Positions 1 through 12,344 of a DNA stretch of 64,000 bases are shown here, piece by piece (the first letter of the stretch is position 1; each line of letters begins with the position of its first letter). Origin of the DNA: Pholidichthys leucotaenia (taxonomy: Eukaryota); the NCBI GenBank assembly GCA_020510985.1, contig CM035846.1:202779081-202843080 (forward strand), written 5' to 3'. The position numbers were made by a program, and so were the translations under genes. Below the pieces are notes generated by a model, which saw nothing but the letters and a program-made list of their open reading frames with translations, ran no database searches and was not told the origin of the DNA.

Positions 1-114
1 ATTACGATTCTCGATGCATCTAATCCTTTTTTTCTATTCTGTATTTTTTTTTCCTCCCACTGTGTGACTGTTGAGGGTGAATGATGACTAAATGAAATAA
101 ACACACTATTAATT

Positions 115-893
115 AAGATAAGATAAGCCTTTATTAGTCCCACAATGGGGAAATTCCAGGATTGCAATAGCACAGGGATAGCAACACTCAGAGCAATAAT
201 TTAGAAGATAAGAAAATAAGAGCAGTGAATATGCATATGTACACTTAAATATATAAATATATATACACAGTGCGGAGCATTGCAGCTAGATAGAATAAAC
301 CACATAACCGTCTATTTAGTTACCCCACATAGTATGAATATGTACCCATACATATTGTCACCCTCCGTAGCGACTGATATTGTCCCAGTTGTATACTGGA
401 GGGGACCATTTGTGTAAGTCTGTTGTGTCTTTTGCATTCAATACTATTAGGTCGTCACGTTTTTTTGCTATCTCTGTGTGCAGCCCTGCTTAGGTTATAC
501 AGTCTGACAGCCGTAGGTAGGAAGGACCTGTGAAACCTCTGCCGCGCACCTAGGATGGTGTAGCCTACTGCTAAATGAGCTCCTCAGTGTGTTCAGTATG
601 TCCTGCATAGGGTGGGACTCGGACTCCAGCAGAGATGACAGCTTAGCCACCATCCTTGTCTCTCCTATCTCCTCCACTGGGTCAAGGCGCTGTCCCAGGG
701 CAGAGCTAGCTTTCTTGATTAGTTTGTTCAGTCTCTTCCTATCGGCTGCTGTGATGCCACTGCCCCAGCAGACCACTCCAAAAGTGATGGCTGATGCCAC
801 CACCGAATTGTAGAAGGTCTTCAGGAGCACCCCTTGTACACCAAAAGACCTGAGCCTCCTCGGTAGGAACAGCCTGCGCTGTCCCATCTTGTA
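115..893 (-). mobile_element. CR1/L2-clade LINE ('L2-A') 3' fragment (RT C-terminus + 3'UTR ending in (cttat)n tail read as ataag on +)
   Basis: ORF 495..902(-) is co-linear with C-terminus of ORFs 8449..9093(-) and 19606..20922(+); 3'UTR 115..480 matches 8147..8470, 21400..21560(rc) and 46384..46565. Confidence 0.8.
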
Positions 894-1249
894 ATTACAC
901 AAATGTGCGATGAATTATTTATAATTGGAAATGAAAAGCTCTTTCATTAAACAACTGTCAGTTATTTAAAATTGGAATTAAATATCTAATTTATTAAATA
1001 CATATACAAGTATTGGGGTGGGGATCTTTAGGTGCCTTTTATGATTACGATGCATTTTTTTTCCCCAACATGTAAATATTAGAAAAAGGACTTACTGCAC
1101 TTCATTCCAAAGAAAATGTAGCTGTTGCAGGTAATGGTCAGCTTAAGGACATCAAAATCACAGAGGAAAAGAGTCTGGAGCACACTGTCAGATTCAGTCT
1201 TTATTGGTGCCAAGACAATTTATTTTTTTAAATTTTGTATACTTTTTTA

Positions 1250-1510
1250 ATCCCAGAGGGAAATTCAGGGCATCTATATGTATGGCTGAGGCAGCAACAG
1301 TGCGGCGTCAATCCCTTCACCATTCACACATTCACACCTAGGGCCACTTTGGAGTCTCCAATTTACCTAAACTTACATGTTTTTGGCCTGTGGGAGGAAA
1401 CCGGAGTACCCGGGGTAAACCCACGCAGACACGGGGAAAACATGCAAACTTCACACAGAAGGGTCACTGAGGGTGGCACAGTGCTAATCACTGCTCCACC
1501 AAGCTGGTGG
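1250..1510 (-). mobile_element. tRNA-derived SINE fragment (core gtttgcatgttttccccgtgtctgcgtgggttt; tRNA-like head at right end)
   Basis: Shares conserved core with SINE copies at 23981..24382, 25085..25295 and 52166..52561. Confidence 0.55.
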
Positions 1511-1539
1511 CTAATACTGTATACCGACTAATATACATA

Positions 1540-3150
1540 CAGTATCTTACAAAAGTGAGTACACCCCTCACATTTTTGTAACTATTTTATTATATCTTTT
1601 CATGGGACAACACTGAAGATATGACACTTTGATATAATGTAGTCAGTGTACAGCTTGTATAACAGTGTAAATTTACAGTCCCCTAAAAATAACTCAACAC
1701 ACAGCCATTAATCTCTAAACTGCTGGCAACAAAAGTGAGTACACCCCAAAGTGAAAAGGTCCAAATTCTACCCAAAGTGTCAATATTTTGTGTGGCCATC
1801 ATTATTTTCCAGCACTGCCTCTTGGGCATGGAGTTCACTAGAGCTTCACAGGTTGCCACTAGAATTCTCTTCCACTCCTCCATGACAACTTCACAGAGCT
1901 GGTGGCTGTTAGAGAGCTTGCACTCCTCCACCTTCCGTTTGAGGATGCCCCACAGATGCTCAATAGGGTTTAGGACTGGAGACATGCTTGGCCAGTCCAT
2001 CACCTTTACCTTCAGTTTCTTTAGCAAGGCAGTGGTTGTCTTGGAGGTGTGTTTAGGGTCATTATCATGTTGGAATACTGCCCTGTGGCCCAGTTTCAGA
2101 AGGGAGTGGATCATGCTGTGCTTCAGTATGTCACAGTACATGTTGGCATTCATGGTTTCCTCAATGAACTGTAGCTCCCCAGCACCGGCAGCACTCATGC
2201 AGCCCCAAACCATGACACTCCCACCACCATGCTTGACTGTTGGCAAGACACCGTTGTCTTTGTACTCTCACCTGGTTGCTGCAACACAAGCTTGACACCA
2301 TCTGAATCAAATAAGTTAATCTTGGTCTCATCAGACCACAGGACATGGTTTCAGTAATCCATGTCCTTCGTCTGCTTGTATTCAGCAAACTGTTTGCGGG
2401 CTTTCTTGCGCATCATCTTTAAAAGGGGCTTCCTTCTGGGACGACAGCCATGCAGACGAATTTGATGCAGTGTGCGGCCTATGGTCTGGGTACTGACAGG
2501 CTGAACCCCCACCCCTTCAATCTCTGCAGCAATGCTGGCAGCACTCATATGTCTATTTTCAAAAGACAACCTCTGGATATGACGCTGAGCACATGCACTC
2601 AACTTCTTTGGTCAACCATGGCGAGGCCTGTTCTGAGTGGAACCTGTCCTGTTAAACCGCTGTATGGTCTTGGCCACTGTGCTGCAGCTCAGTTTCAGGG
2701 TGTTGGCAACTTCTGATAGCCTAGGCCATCTTTATGTAGAGCAACAATTCTTTTTTCAGATCCTCAGAGTTCCTTGCCATGAGGTGCCATGTTGAACTTC
2801 CAGTGACCAGTATGAGAGTGTGAGACCGATAACACCAAATTTAACACACCTGCTCCCCATTCACACCTGAGACCTTGTAACACTGAGTCACATGACATCA
2901 GGGAGGGAAAATAGCTAATTGGACACAATTTGGACATTTTCACTTAGGGGTGTACTCACTTTTGTTGCCAGCGATTTAGACATTAATGGCTGTGTGTTGA
3001 ATTATTTTGAGGGGACAGCAAATTTACACAGTTACACAAGCTGTACACTGACTACTTTACATTGTATCTATTGTCAGTGTTGTCCTATGAAAAGATGTAA
3101 TAAAACATTTACAAAAATGTGACGGGTGTACTTACTTTTGTGAGATACTG
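1540..3150 (-). mobile_element. Tc1-like DNA transposon #1 (TIRs tacagtatcttacaaaagtgagtacaccc / rc), transposase decayed
   Basis: Inverted termini at 1540..1580 and 3115..3150 flanked by TA; internal ORFs 1683..2246(-) and 2351..2602(-) encode Tc1 transposase DDE region (HDNDPKHTS...WPSMSP.LNPIEHLW) with frameshifts. Confidence 0.85.
1683..2602 (-). pseudogene. Tc1 transposase, frameshifted
   Basis: ORF 1683..2246 carries DD(34)E core motifs; N-terminal part in another frame (2351..2602 and further degraded to ~2900). Confidence 0.8.
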
Positions 3151-3152
3151 TA

Positions 3153-3215
3153 CATCCTCTTCAGTCTTCTTAGCAAAAATATGAGGGGTGTACTCACTTT
3201 TGTGAGATACTGTAC
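3153..3215. repeat. Tandem duplication of the Tc1#1 terminal ~35 bp TIR end plus 22 bp of flank
   Basis: ...tgtgagatactgtacatcctcttcagtcttcttagc occurs twice in tandem (3130..3180 and 3190..3240) with a few substitutions. Confidence 0.7.
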
Positions 3216-3497
3216 ATCCTCTTCAGTCTTCTTAGCTTGTAGACTTATTACTGATTTTTAACATTTATTTATTTTTTCAGGATATTGCATATTAATTAAC
3301 ACTTTACATGTAAATACACAACGGAGACAAGACAATTACAATTAAGACAATTAGTTATTATCAAGGGTGGCAACAACGCTGTTCATTTAAATGTGAAATA
3401 TACTGTCTGGGTCCATATTTATATTTTGCTGGGTAAGTTAACTAACTGTAATGCTGTTGATACCATCTCGCTGCAATTCTCCTGCACTGTGTACTTT

Positions 3498-5089
3498 CAG
3501 TGGTGTGAAAAAGTCTTTGCCCCTTCCCGATTTCTCTCTTCTTTTTTTTTTGTTTGTCACACTTAAATGTTTCAGATCATCAAACAAATTCAAGTATTAG
3601 ACAAAGATAACACAAGTAAACACAAAATGTAGTTTTTAAATGAAGGTGTTAACTATTCAGGAAAAAAAAAAATCCAAACCTACATGGCTCTGTGTGGTGA
3701 AAAAGTGATTGTCCCCCCCCCCCCCCCTTAAAACATAAATTAACTGTGGTTTATCATATCTTTGGAAAGTTGAGTTCAGTTTCTCTAGCCACACCCAGGC
3801 CTGATTACTGCCACACCTGTTCTCAATCAAGAAATTACTTGATTAGGATCTGCCTGACAAAGTGAAGTAGACCAAAAGACCCTCAAAAGCTAGACGTCAT
3901 GCTGTGATCCAGAGAAATTCAGGAACAAATGAGAAACAAAGTAATTAAGATCTGTTAGTCTGGAAAAGGTTATAAAGCCATTTCTAAAGCTTTGGGACTC
4001 CAGTGAACCACAGTGAGAGCCATTATCCACAAATGGCAGAAACATGGATCCAGGAGCCAACCAAAATTACCCCAAGAGCACAGCAATAACTCATCCAAGA
4101 GGTGACAAAAGACCCCACAACAATATCCAAAGAACTACAGGCCTCACCTGCCTCGGTTAAGGTCAGTGTTCATGACTCCACCATAAGAAAGAGACTGGGC
4201 AAGAGTTCCAAGATGAAAACCATTGCTGAGCAAAAAGAACATAAAGGCTCCTCTCAGTTTTGCCAGAAAACATCTTGATGATCCCCAAGACTTTTGGAAA
4301 AATACTCTGTGGACTGACGAGACAAAAGTTGAACTTTTTGGAAGGTGTGTGTTCCATTATATCTGGCTTAAAAGTAACACAGCATTTCAGAAAAGAAACA
4401 TTATACCAACAGTAAAATATGGTAGTGGTAGTGTGATGGTCTGGGGCTGTTTTGCTGCTTCAGGACCTGGAAGACTTACTGTGATAAATGGAACCATGAA
4501 TTCTGCTGTCTACCGAAAAATCCTGAAGTTGAATGTCCGGCCATCTGTTGGTGACCTCAAGCTGAAGCACACTTGGGTTCTGCAGCAGGACAATGATCCA
4601 GAACATACCAGCAAGCCCACCTCTGAATGGCTTCAGAAAAACAAAATGAAGACTTTGGAGTGGCCTAGTCAAAGTCCTGACCTGAATTTGATAAAGATGC
4701 TGTGGCATGACTTTAAAAAAGCAGTTCATGCTCAAAAACCCTCCAATGTGGCTGAATTACAACAATTCTGCAAAGATGAGTGGGCCAAAATTCCTCCACA
4801 GTGCTGTAAAAGACTCATTGCCAGTTATTGCAAACGCTTGATTGCAGTTGTTGCTGCAAAGGGTGACCCAACCAGTTATAAGGTTTAGGGGGCAGTCACT
4901 TTTTCACACAGGGCCATATAGGTTTGGATTTTTTCCCCCTTAATAATAAACACCTTCATATAAAAACTACATTTTGTGTTTACTTATCTTTGTCTAATAT
5001 TTAAATTTGTTTGATCTGAAACATTTAAGTGTGACAAACGTGCAAAAAATGAGAAATCAGGAAGGGGCAAACACTTGTTCATACCACTG
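3498..5089 (+). mobile_element. Tc1-like DNA transposon #2 (TIR cagtggtgtgaaaaagtctttgcccc)
   Basis: Terminal inverted repeats 3498..3530 / 5060..5089 (TA after right end); transposase ORF 4223..4888; same family as 50998..52617. Confidence 0.85.
4223..4888 (+). pseudogene. Tc1 transposase C-terminal DDE domain (N-terminal HTH part 3890..4220 frameshifted)
   Basis: VMVWGCF...QQDNDPEHTSK...[16 protein letters not shown]...KRL; upstream N-terminal region is out of frame. Confidence 0.8.
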
Positions 5090-5559
5090 TAACTATGTAC
5101 ATATGTATATTTGTTTACTACTTTGGCTAGCCAATTGTTATTTTTATTTACTATTACTCTGAATGCTGTTATCCCTGTGCTGCTTTAATCATGGAATTTC
5201 TCCATTGTGGGGACTAGTAAAGGCTCATCTTAAATATGCCTGATTGTTGCCAGACCTTATTTGCTATATCCTTTTTAACTGTTCTAATTCACATGTGGCA
5301 GTGAGTGAAAGATGCCAATAATATTTATCAAGTGTATAATAATAATAATAATAATGTTCCAAACACTCTGTCTTCTTCAAAGTCAGACACAGAAGCGTTG
5401 GGTTAGTCTAAACATCAATAAAGGCTGTCAATTTCACAGTGGGTTTTAACTCTCTTTCTCTGTCAAAGAAATGTTGTACACATTTCTAATGAAAAATAAA
5501 AGCATTCCTACATGCTGATTTCAGCCTTTCCATGTTTTGGTCTAGCCGCGGCTGTGCGT

Positions 5560-5950
5560 CGGTTGACCTGTGTTTCACACATGTGCATTGACTGCAATCT
5601 ACAGTCCATATAGGATGATAGTGACGCTCCAACAAACTGATCTGAACACCCATAATTAAACAAAATGAGGAGTTTTGTACCAGTGTTGACTGCTGCAACA
5701 TATTTACTACATGACATGACAAATACTGTCCGGGCGCCAACTTCCGCTTTTAAGAGTCTGCCTTTTTCGTTCCGTTAACATTAATTACGTTATTAATCAA
5801 GGGTCCTTATATACAGACAGCATGAAAGCGACGCTCTAGCAACCTGACACAAATAAAACGAGCAGTCGCTCTTCAGTGTTGTGCGTTATGCAAAATACTG
5901 TCCGGGTGTGCGCCAACTTCCACGTTTAAGGTTTTGCTTTTTTTTTTTTT
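5560..5950. repeat. Two tandem ~170-bp units (..aatactgtccgggcgccaacttccgcttttaag..)
   Basis: Direct sequence similarity between 5690..5770 and 5890..5950 with T-rich spacer. Confidence 0.5.
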
Positions 5951-6651
5951 TTTAACATTCCGGACATGTACAATTACATTAGAAATATATATTTAAGAAT
6001 TGTAATTTTGCTATTTGTGCATCAATTCAGAATCGTTCAACGTTTATATCGAGATGAATCAGAAAAATGAATATTTCTCTCACCTTTAATGCATGGTGGC
6101 CCAGGATGATGACAGCAGTTTAATGGTAAAACCCCATTTTAATTTGGGTCAAGTTTTCCAAGTAGTTTGTTAAAAAATGCTAACTAGCCTGGAGGATAAC
6201 ATTATTTAGGCCACAGAGTCCTGATTGGCTCATCACTACCCACGTGCCAGCACCATGAATAGTTGCGTCACTAAAAATGTTCCGTCTCATCTTGCCTTTT
6301 TGCAGTGGCCGGGGCTTAACTGAAACTTGACAGCAAAAGAACAGATGAGAGATTTGAGTGATTTTGCTCATGATAAGTCTTGTAAGTCATAAAAACAAGT
6401 TAGACATGTTAACAAGAAAAAAAAAACCTTGATTTTTGGTGGCGTGTCACTTTAAGGCAAAATGAGGAATCTAAAAATTAGATGGTCTAGACCTTTGAAA
6501 TATCATGCTTTCCTCAGAGACTCATAATTAAGCTCCTGGAAGTGGTGGGCAAAGTTATTCTACCCGCTGTTCCCTAAAATAAGTTGCACTTATAAACTGT
6601 AACACACCACACTACCTCTGGCTCCTTCACCATCCTTTTTCCCCCCCACAG

Positions 6652-6811
6652 GCCTGAAGGAAAAAGACTTTTCCTCTGTGCTCAACACGTGCAATGATCT
6701 GACCTCTCTGAACAGACCGCTCACATGGCAGGAAGTGCTGCAGCTGTCCAGGAAGCCCAAAGGGCGCATTCCCATGGTCACATTCACCTGGATGCTGGAG
6801 AGTTTGAAAAG
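6652..6811 (+). CDS. Host gene exon (..LKEKDFSSVLNTCNDLTSLNRPLTWQEVLQLSRKPKGRIPMVTFTWMLESLK)
   Basis: Pyrimidine tract + AG at 6650/51, GT donor at 6812; joins in frame to exon 7099. Confidence 0.5.
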
Positions 6812-7098
6812 GTAATAATGCAGGACAAATTAAGTGTAGTAAATCCAAGAACGAAATGGATCAATTTTGGGATATGACCATTGTTTCTGTCAACTCTGAT
6901 CTTCTCTAACATACTAATAATTTCACAAGTATTGCTCAACCATATTTGAATAATTGATCATTGTAAGGATAAATGTTCCCTTACTTTTTTAGTTGTGGGA
7001 TTTTGTTGCATTTCTAATTTTTTACATCTGTATACAAAGCCAAGTTTCAGATTTTCTTCCAAGAGACTTGAGACACTGATTTTAATTCTCTCCTTCAG

Positions 7099-7230
7099 TC
7101 TGATTTCTCCATCTCGCTGCCACATCAAGGATGACTCACTGATGTTAACCAATCCTGAGGTGAGGCAAGTCTTTGAGGACACTTTTCTCCCAACAGAAAG
7201 TGACAGAAACAGAGCTCACCTCATACTGGC
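7099..7230 (+). CDS. Host gene exon (SLISPSRCHIKDDSLMLTNPE[VRQVFEDTFLPTESDRNRAHLILAG]); alternative donor at 7160
   Basis: ctccttcag acceptor; in frame with preceding exon (leftover ag + t = Ser); GT donors at 7161 and 7231. Confidence 0.4.
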
Positions 7231-8146
7231 AGGTAAAATGTGCACAATTTGTTCTTAAATCTGCAAAGTTGGGTAAAAGGAAATTTAAAAGTATGTTTTG
7301 TGCAGCTCACCTGTGGACGCTGACCGACCCACAAGGACGAGGCACCTTCCTACACTGTGAGGCAGATCCTGTCAGGCATCTACCCTCTAGCCTGGTTAGA
7401 AATTTTTTATTATTACTTTTGATTGCAATTTCGCTCTAGTAGGATCACAGAGTTGGTGTTCCACTTTGATAGACTAAGGATAATGGAAGAGGATTAGTAG
7501 TTATTTATGCCTTGAGATATTAAGGAAAATCAGCTTGTATTTAATATTTTTTTTAATTTCTTGAACCATATTTAGTCCAAATAAGTTCATTTTGTCTCAA
7601 CTAAAGCTATTTAGCTCATTTTCTTACCTGTAGAGTACTAGAAAAAAGGTTTTATTTACCTTGACGTTTTGAGAATTGTTCCTGCTGCCTTTGTTAGAAG
7701 GGTGACGTGATGTACAGGTGTGGCCATCCTGTCTGCTCCAACAGGACGATCATGCCCCGAGTTTTCATCCAGCCTTTTCACAACAGTGTTGCTACACCTG
7801 TCAGACACCTGAGGAAAAAAAAAAAAATGAACCAAAAATGGTAAATATGGGTATGGTCACGCTACCATACATCTGACTAATCATGGAACACATTCAGAGA
7901 ATAATGAAAAAGTTCCATATTGACACTCCTGTGAAACTACACACACAACTAGGACAATTGTAAGTTCTCCCAGAAAAACAAAATGGATCAAGATAAAAGC
8001 TGCGTTGTCGTATTGCATGACAAAATATCCTGCTTGTCATGCAGGAAACAAAAAGTTGGAGAAACTGGAAGACCCTTCAGTACACAAAAGTGGGGCAATT
8101 GAGAATGTGAAAAAGAATAATCTGTTGGGTGCACAATACTAATAAG

Positions 8147-10062
8147 ATAAGCCTTTATTAGTCTCACAACAGCACAGGGATAGCAACACTCAGAGCAATA
8201 ATTTAGAAGATAAGAAAATAAGAGCAGTGAATAGACATATGTACACATAGATATATAAATATATATACACAGTGCGGAGCATTGTAGCTAGATGGACTAA
8301 ACAGCATAATTGTCTATTTAGTTACCCTTCATGGTATGAATATGTACCCATACATATTGTCACCCTCCATAGCGACTGATATTGTCCTAGTTGTATACTG
8401 GAGGGGACCATTTGTGTAAGTCTGTTGCGTCTTTTGCATTCAATACTATTAGGTCGTCACTTTTTTTTTGCTATCTCTGCGAGCAGCCCTGCTTAGGTTA
8501 TATAGTCTGACAGCTGTAGGTAGGAAGGACCTGCGAAACCTCTCAGTCGCGCACCTAGAATGATGTAGTCTACTGCTAAATAAGCTCCTCGGTGCGTTCA
8601 GTATGTCCTGCATAGGTTGGAACTCGGACTCCAGCAGAGATGACAGCTTAGCCACCATCCTTCTCTCCCCTATCTCCTCCACTGGGTCAAGGCGTTGCCC
8701 CAGGACAGAGCTAACTTTCTTGATTAGTTTGTTCAGTCTCTTCCTATCGGCTGCTGTAATGCCGTTGCCCCAGCAGACCACTCCAAAAGTGATGGCTGAT
8801 GCCACCACAGTGTCGTAGAATGTCTTCAAGAGCACCCCTTGTACACCAAAAGACCTGAATCTCCTCAGTAGAAACAGCCTGCGCTGTCCCTTCTTGTAGA
8901 GTGCGTCGGTATTGTGTGACCATTCTAGTTTATTGTTCAGATGAACACCCAGGTACTTGTAGGATGTCACCATCTCAATGTCTATTCCCTGGATGTTTAC
9001 TGGTGCTGTGAGGGGTTGTCCTTGCCTGCGGCAGTCCACTGCCAGCTCCTTAGTTTTCCTCGTCCTGGATAAGTCCTCTGTACTCAGCTTCATCTCTGTT
9101 GGAGATGAGGCTGACGATTGCAGAGTCGTCAGAGAACTTCTGTAGATGGCAGTGTGTTGTGTTGTGTGAGAAGTCCGCAGTATAAAGGGTGAACAGGAAG
9201 GGAGCTAAAACCGTTCCCTGGGGGGCCCCCTTGCTGCCGATGATCGTGTCGGACACACAATCCCGGGTTCTCACAAACTGTGGCCGGTTATTGAGGTAGT
9301 CCAGGATCCATGATGACAGGTGCCGGTCCACCCCTGCGTCATCGGTTGGATGGTGTTGAAAGCACTGGAGAAGTCAAAGAACATGATCCTCACCGCGTTC
9401 CCGGGCTTCTCCAGGTGGGACAGGGAATGGTGAAGGAGGAAGGCCACTGCATCCTCCACCCCAATGCCATGCTGGTAGGCGAACTGGAGTGGATCCATTG
9501 CTGGTCCCACCAGGGGGCAGAGGTGAGCAAGGAGCAGTCTCTCCAGGGTCTTCATCATGTGAGACGTCAGGGTCACTGGCCTGTAGCTGTTAAGGACTTT
9601 GGGGTGGGAAGTCTTTGGTACAGGTACCATGCAAGATGTTTTCCACAACTGTGGTACCCTCCCCAGCTTCAAGCTCAAGTTGAAGATGTGCTCCACAAGC
9701 CCACACAGCTGGTCTGCGCTGGACTTTAGGAGCTTGGCGCTGATGCCGTCTGGTCCCGAGGCCTTCCTCGCCTTGATATTCCTCAGCTCCATCCTCACCT
9801 GGGTCTTAGAGAGGGTCAGGTTGGGGGACTGTGTGCTGGGAGTGGGGGGGTGTTGATGGAGTGGGGTGTGGACAGCAGGTCTCGATGACTTAAGAGGCAG
9901 CAGTTGTTGGTGTGCAGGCGGATGGGAGGGCGGTTGGTCAAACCTATTAAAAAACAGGTTCAGATTGTTCACCCACTCCCTGCCCCCCAGTGGCCTGGGA
10001 GGAGATATTCTGGAGCCCAGAGATGGTTTTAAGGTTTCTCCAGACCCCGCTGATGTTGCTCT
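8147..10062 (-). mobile_element. CR1/L2-clade LINE ('L2-A') 5'-truncated copy (RT + C-term + 3'UTR), several frameshifts
   Basis: ORFs 9271..10110, 9050..9331, 8449..9093 (-) carry RT motifs (PGPDGI, FFDFSSAFNTI, QGTVLAPFLF, FSDDSAIV) co-linear with + copy 19040..20922; 3'UTR 8147..8470. Confidence 0.85.
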
Positions 10063-10387
10063 GTTGCAGCTTGATAGAGGTCTCCAATTTTCATCATAGG
10101 TATACCTCAACTATGAGAGACAAAATGAGGGAAAAAAAATCCAGAAAATCACATTGAAGGATTTTTAATGAATTAATTGGTAAATTCCTTGGTAAAATAA
10201 GTATTTGGTCACCTACAAACAAGCAAGATTTCTGGCTCTCACAGACCTGTAACAACTTCTTTAAGAGGCTCCTCTGTCCTCCACTCGTTACCTGTATTAA
10301 TGGCACCTGTTTTAACTCTTTATCAGTATAAAAAACACCTGTCCACAACCTCAAACATTCAGATTCCAAACTCCACTATGGCCAAGG

Positions 10388-10625
10388 CCAAAGAGCTGTC
10401 AAAGGACACCAGAAACAAAATTGTAGACCTGCACCGGGCTGGGAAGACTGAATCTGCAATAGGTAAGCAGCTTGGTGTGAAGAAATCAACTGTGGGAGCA
10501 ATTATTTGAAAATGGAAAACATACAAGACCACTGATAATCTCCCTCGATCTGGGGCTCCACGCAAGGTCTCACCCCGTGGGGTCAAAATGATCACGAGAA
10601 CGGTGAGCAAAAATCCCAGAACCGG
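10388..10625 (+). pseudogene. Tc1 transposase N-terminal (HTH) part, interrupted by L1 insertion
   Basis: [43 protein letters not shown].. typical Tc1 paired-like N-term. Confidence 0.75.
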
Positions 10626-11579
10626 ACTTCCGGTTATGGCTGCCACGTAAGAAGGACACGTCTCACTCTGCTCTGCTTCTGGAGAAAAAAAATCGGCAAA
10701 TAACTCATTTGGGACAGAACGTATCCCAGCGTTTGAGCGAGGATATGTCGGTGAAGCCTAAGGCTGGAAAACCAAGTAGAGGGAAAAAGCGAGCCGCAGA
10801 AACAGTCCAAATTAACGGACTTTCAGGTCTGTGACGCAGCAGAGAAAGCACCAAATATGGCGAAGGAAGCTAACAATGGCGCGGGAGCTGCGGGAAGCGA
10901 CACAGGTGCGTTGCTGGCGGCTATGAGTTCAATGAGAGCGGACTTTTCCTCTAGATTTGATGGGATTATGGCAGCGTTGGAAGGAATGAGAAAGGAATTG
11001 GGTGACTGTGTGGAACGAATGGCGCAGATGGAGCTTCGTATTTCCAGTGCTGAAGATGAAGTCAATTGTCTCCAATTAAAGGTGCGCACTTTGGGAAAAA
11101 AAAAATAAATGTCTGGAAGAAAACATTCTGGATTTGGAATCCCGGTCGAGACAGAACAACTTGAGGCTGGTGGGTCTACCGGAAGAATCCGAAGGTCAGG
11201 ACCTGTAAAGAACTGAGGTCCACACGAATAGTGGTTTCAACAAAGTTCTCTTTTAAAACTAGGAGCGGGAACATTAACAGGCGGCAACATCAACACATCG
11301 CCATTTTCATCTCATATCACTCGGTGAAGGTCAACTCTGACCTGTGACGTCACCACAGTCTTAAAGGCACAGCACATATAAATATCACATTATATGACAT
11401 CTCCCCCTTTTTTAGCTTTTTTTTTTTTTCAGAACAAAACAATTTTCAATTCAAACATTTTCCATTTCCATTTCACCCTTCCCCACAGCCCATGGTTTAA
11501 TTATTGAACCACATATAACCACACTTATCACAGTGAACACGTGAATTTCTCTCTTTTCATTTTTCATTTTTTTTTTTCT

Positions 11580-12344
11580 CTACAAATCTAGTCTTTGCAC
11601 AGGTTTAATCATTCTACCGGACCGGGTAAACAACAGTCCTTGCTTTGGGTCTGGCGGTTTGACACTGGATTCTGGTAAAATAGTGTCAGCAGCAGCTGCA
11701 GTTTCAGGCTGCTGATCGACAATCTCTGGCTGCAGGTCATTTGGAGCTGAAGAGTGTATCTCTCTGGCTGATTCAGGATCATGTTGCAAGTGACGGCGGT
11801 TGCGTCGCAAAGTTGCTCCCTGGGGTGTTTCAATAAAAAAGGAGCGAGGTGTGCTGCTTTCTCCTGTGACAACAGCGGGTGTTTTCCAGGATTTCTGATG
11901 GTCCAGCTTTGTGAGGACTGAATCTCCTGGCTTCAACGAAGGTAGGGGTTTAGCTCCATGGCGCTGATTGAAGTAGAATGCTTGTTTCTGTTTCTCCATT
12001 GCATCCTTGTTCCTGACGACTTCCAGATCAGGCCATCGGGGCTGAAGATTCACTTCGAGTGTAGGAAGAGTTGTTTTGATCTTTCGACCCATAAGTAGCT
12101 CTGCAGGACTCACGCCTGTGGTGGTGCAGGGCGTTGATCGAAAGCACATGAGGGCGAGCAAAGGATCTTGCTGCTTTAAGATTCTTTTTGCTGTTTGAAC
12201 TCCCCTCTCTGCATGTCCGTTTCCTTGGGGGTTGTGTGGACTTGAGGTGATGTGCAAAAAGTCAAACTCCCTTGCAAACTTTTTAAAATTCTTGGCATGA
12301 GAATTGAGGCCCATTGTCAGATACAACCACATCTGGACAACCAA
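11580..12344 (-). CDS. gypsy integrase core/C-terminal part (254 aa) in -1 frame relative to upstream pol, 62-nt overlap
   Basis: HITSSPHNPQGNGHAERGVQTAKRIL.. integrase DDE core; overlap with 12283..14838 implies a single frameshift. Confidence 0.75.
   Translation of the reverse strand: MVVQMWLYLTMGLNSHAKNFKKFAREFDFLHITSSPHNPQGNGHAERGVQTAKRILKQQDPLLALMCFRSTPCTTTGVSPAELLMGRKIKTTLPTLEVNLQPRWPDLEVVRNKDAMEKQKQAFYFNQRHGAKPLPSLKPGDSVLTKLDHQKSWKTPAVVTGESSTPRSFFIETPQGATLRRNRRHLQHDPESAREIHSSAPNDLQPEIVDQQPETAAAADTILPESSVKPPDPKQGLLFTRSGRMIKPVQRLDL

Noticed and set aside
9310-9729. Antisense ORFs overlapping LINE, gypsy and host-exon coding regions (e.g. 9310..9729+, 19360..20019-, 13229..13624+, 6590..6848-)
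   Set aside because: Each lies opposite a strongly supported coding region with recognisable domains. There is no independent support for them.
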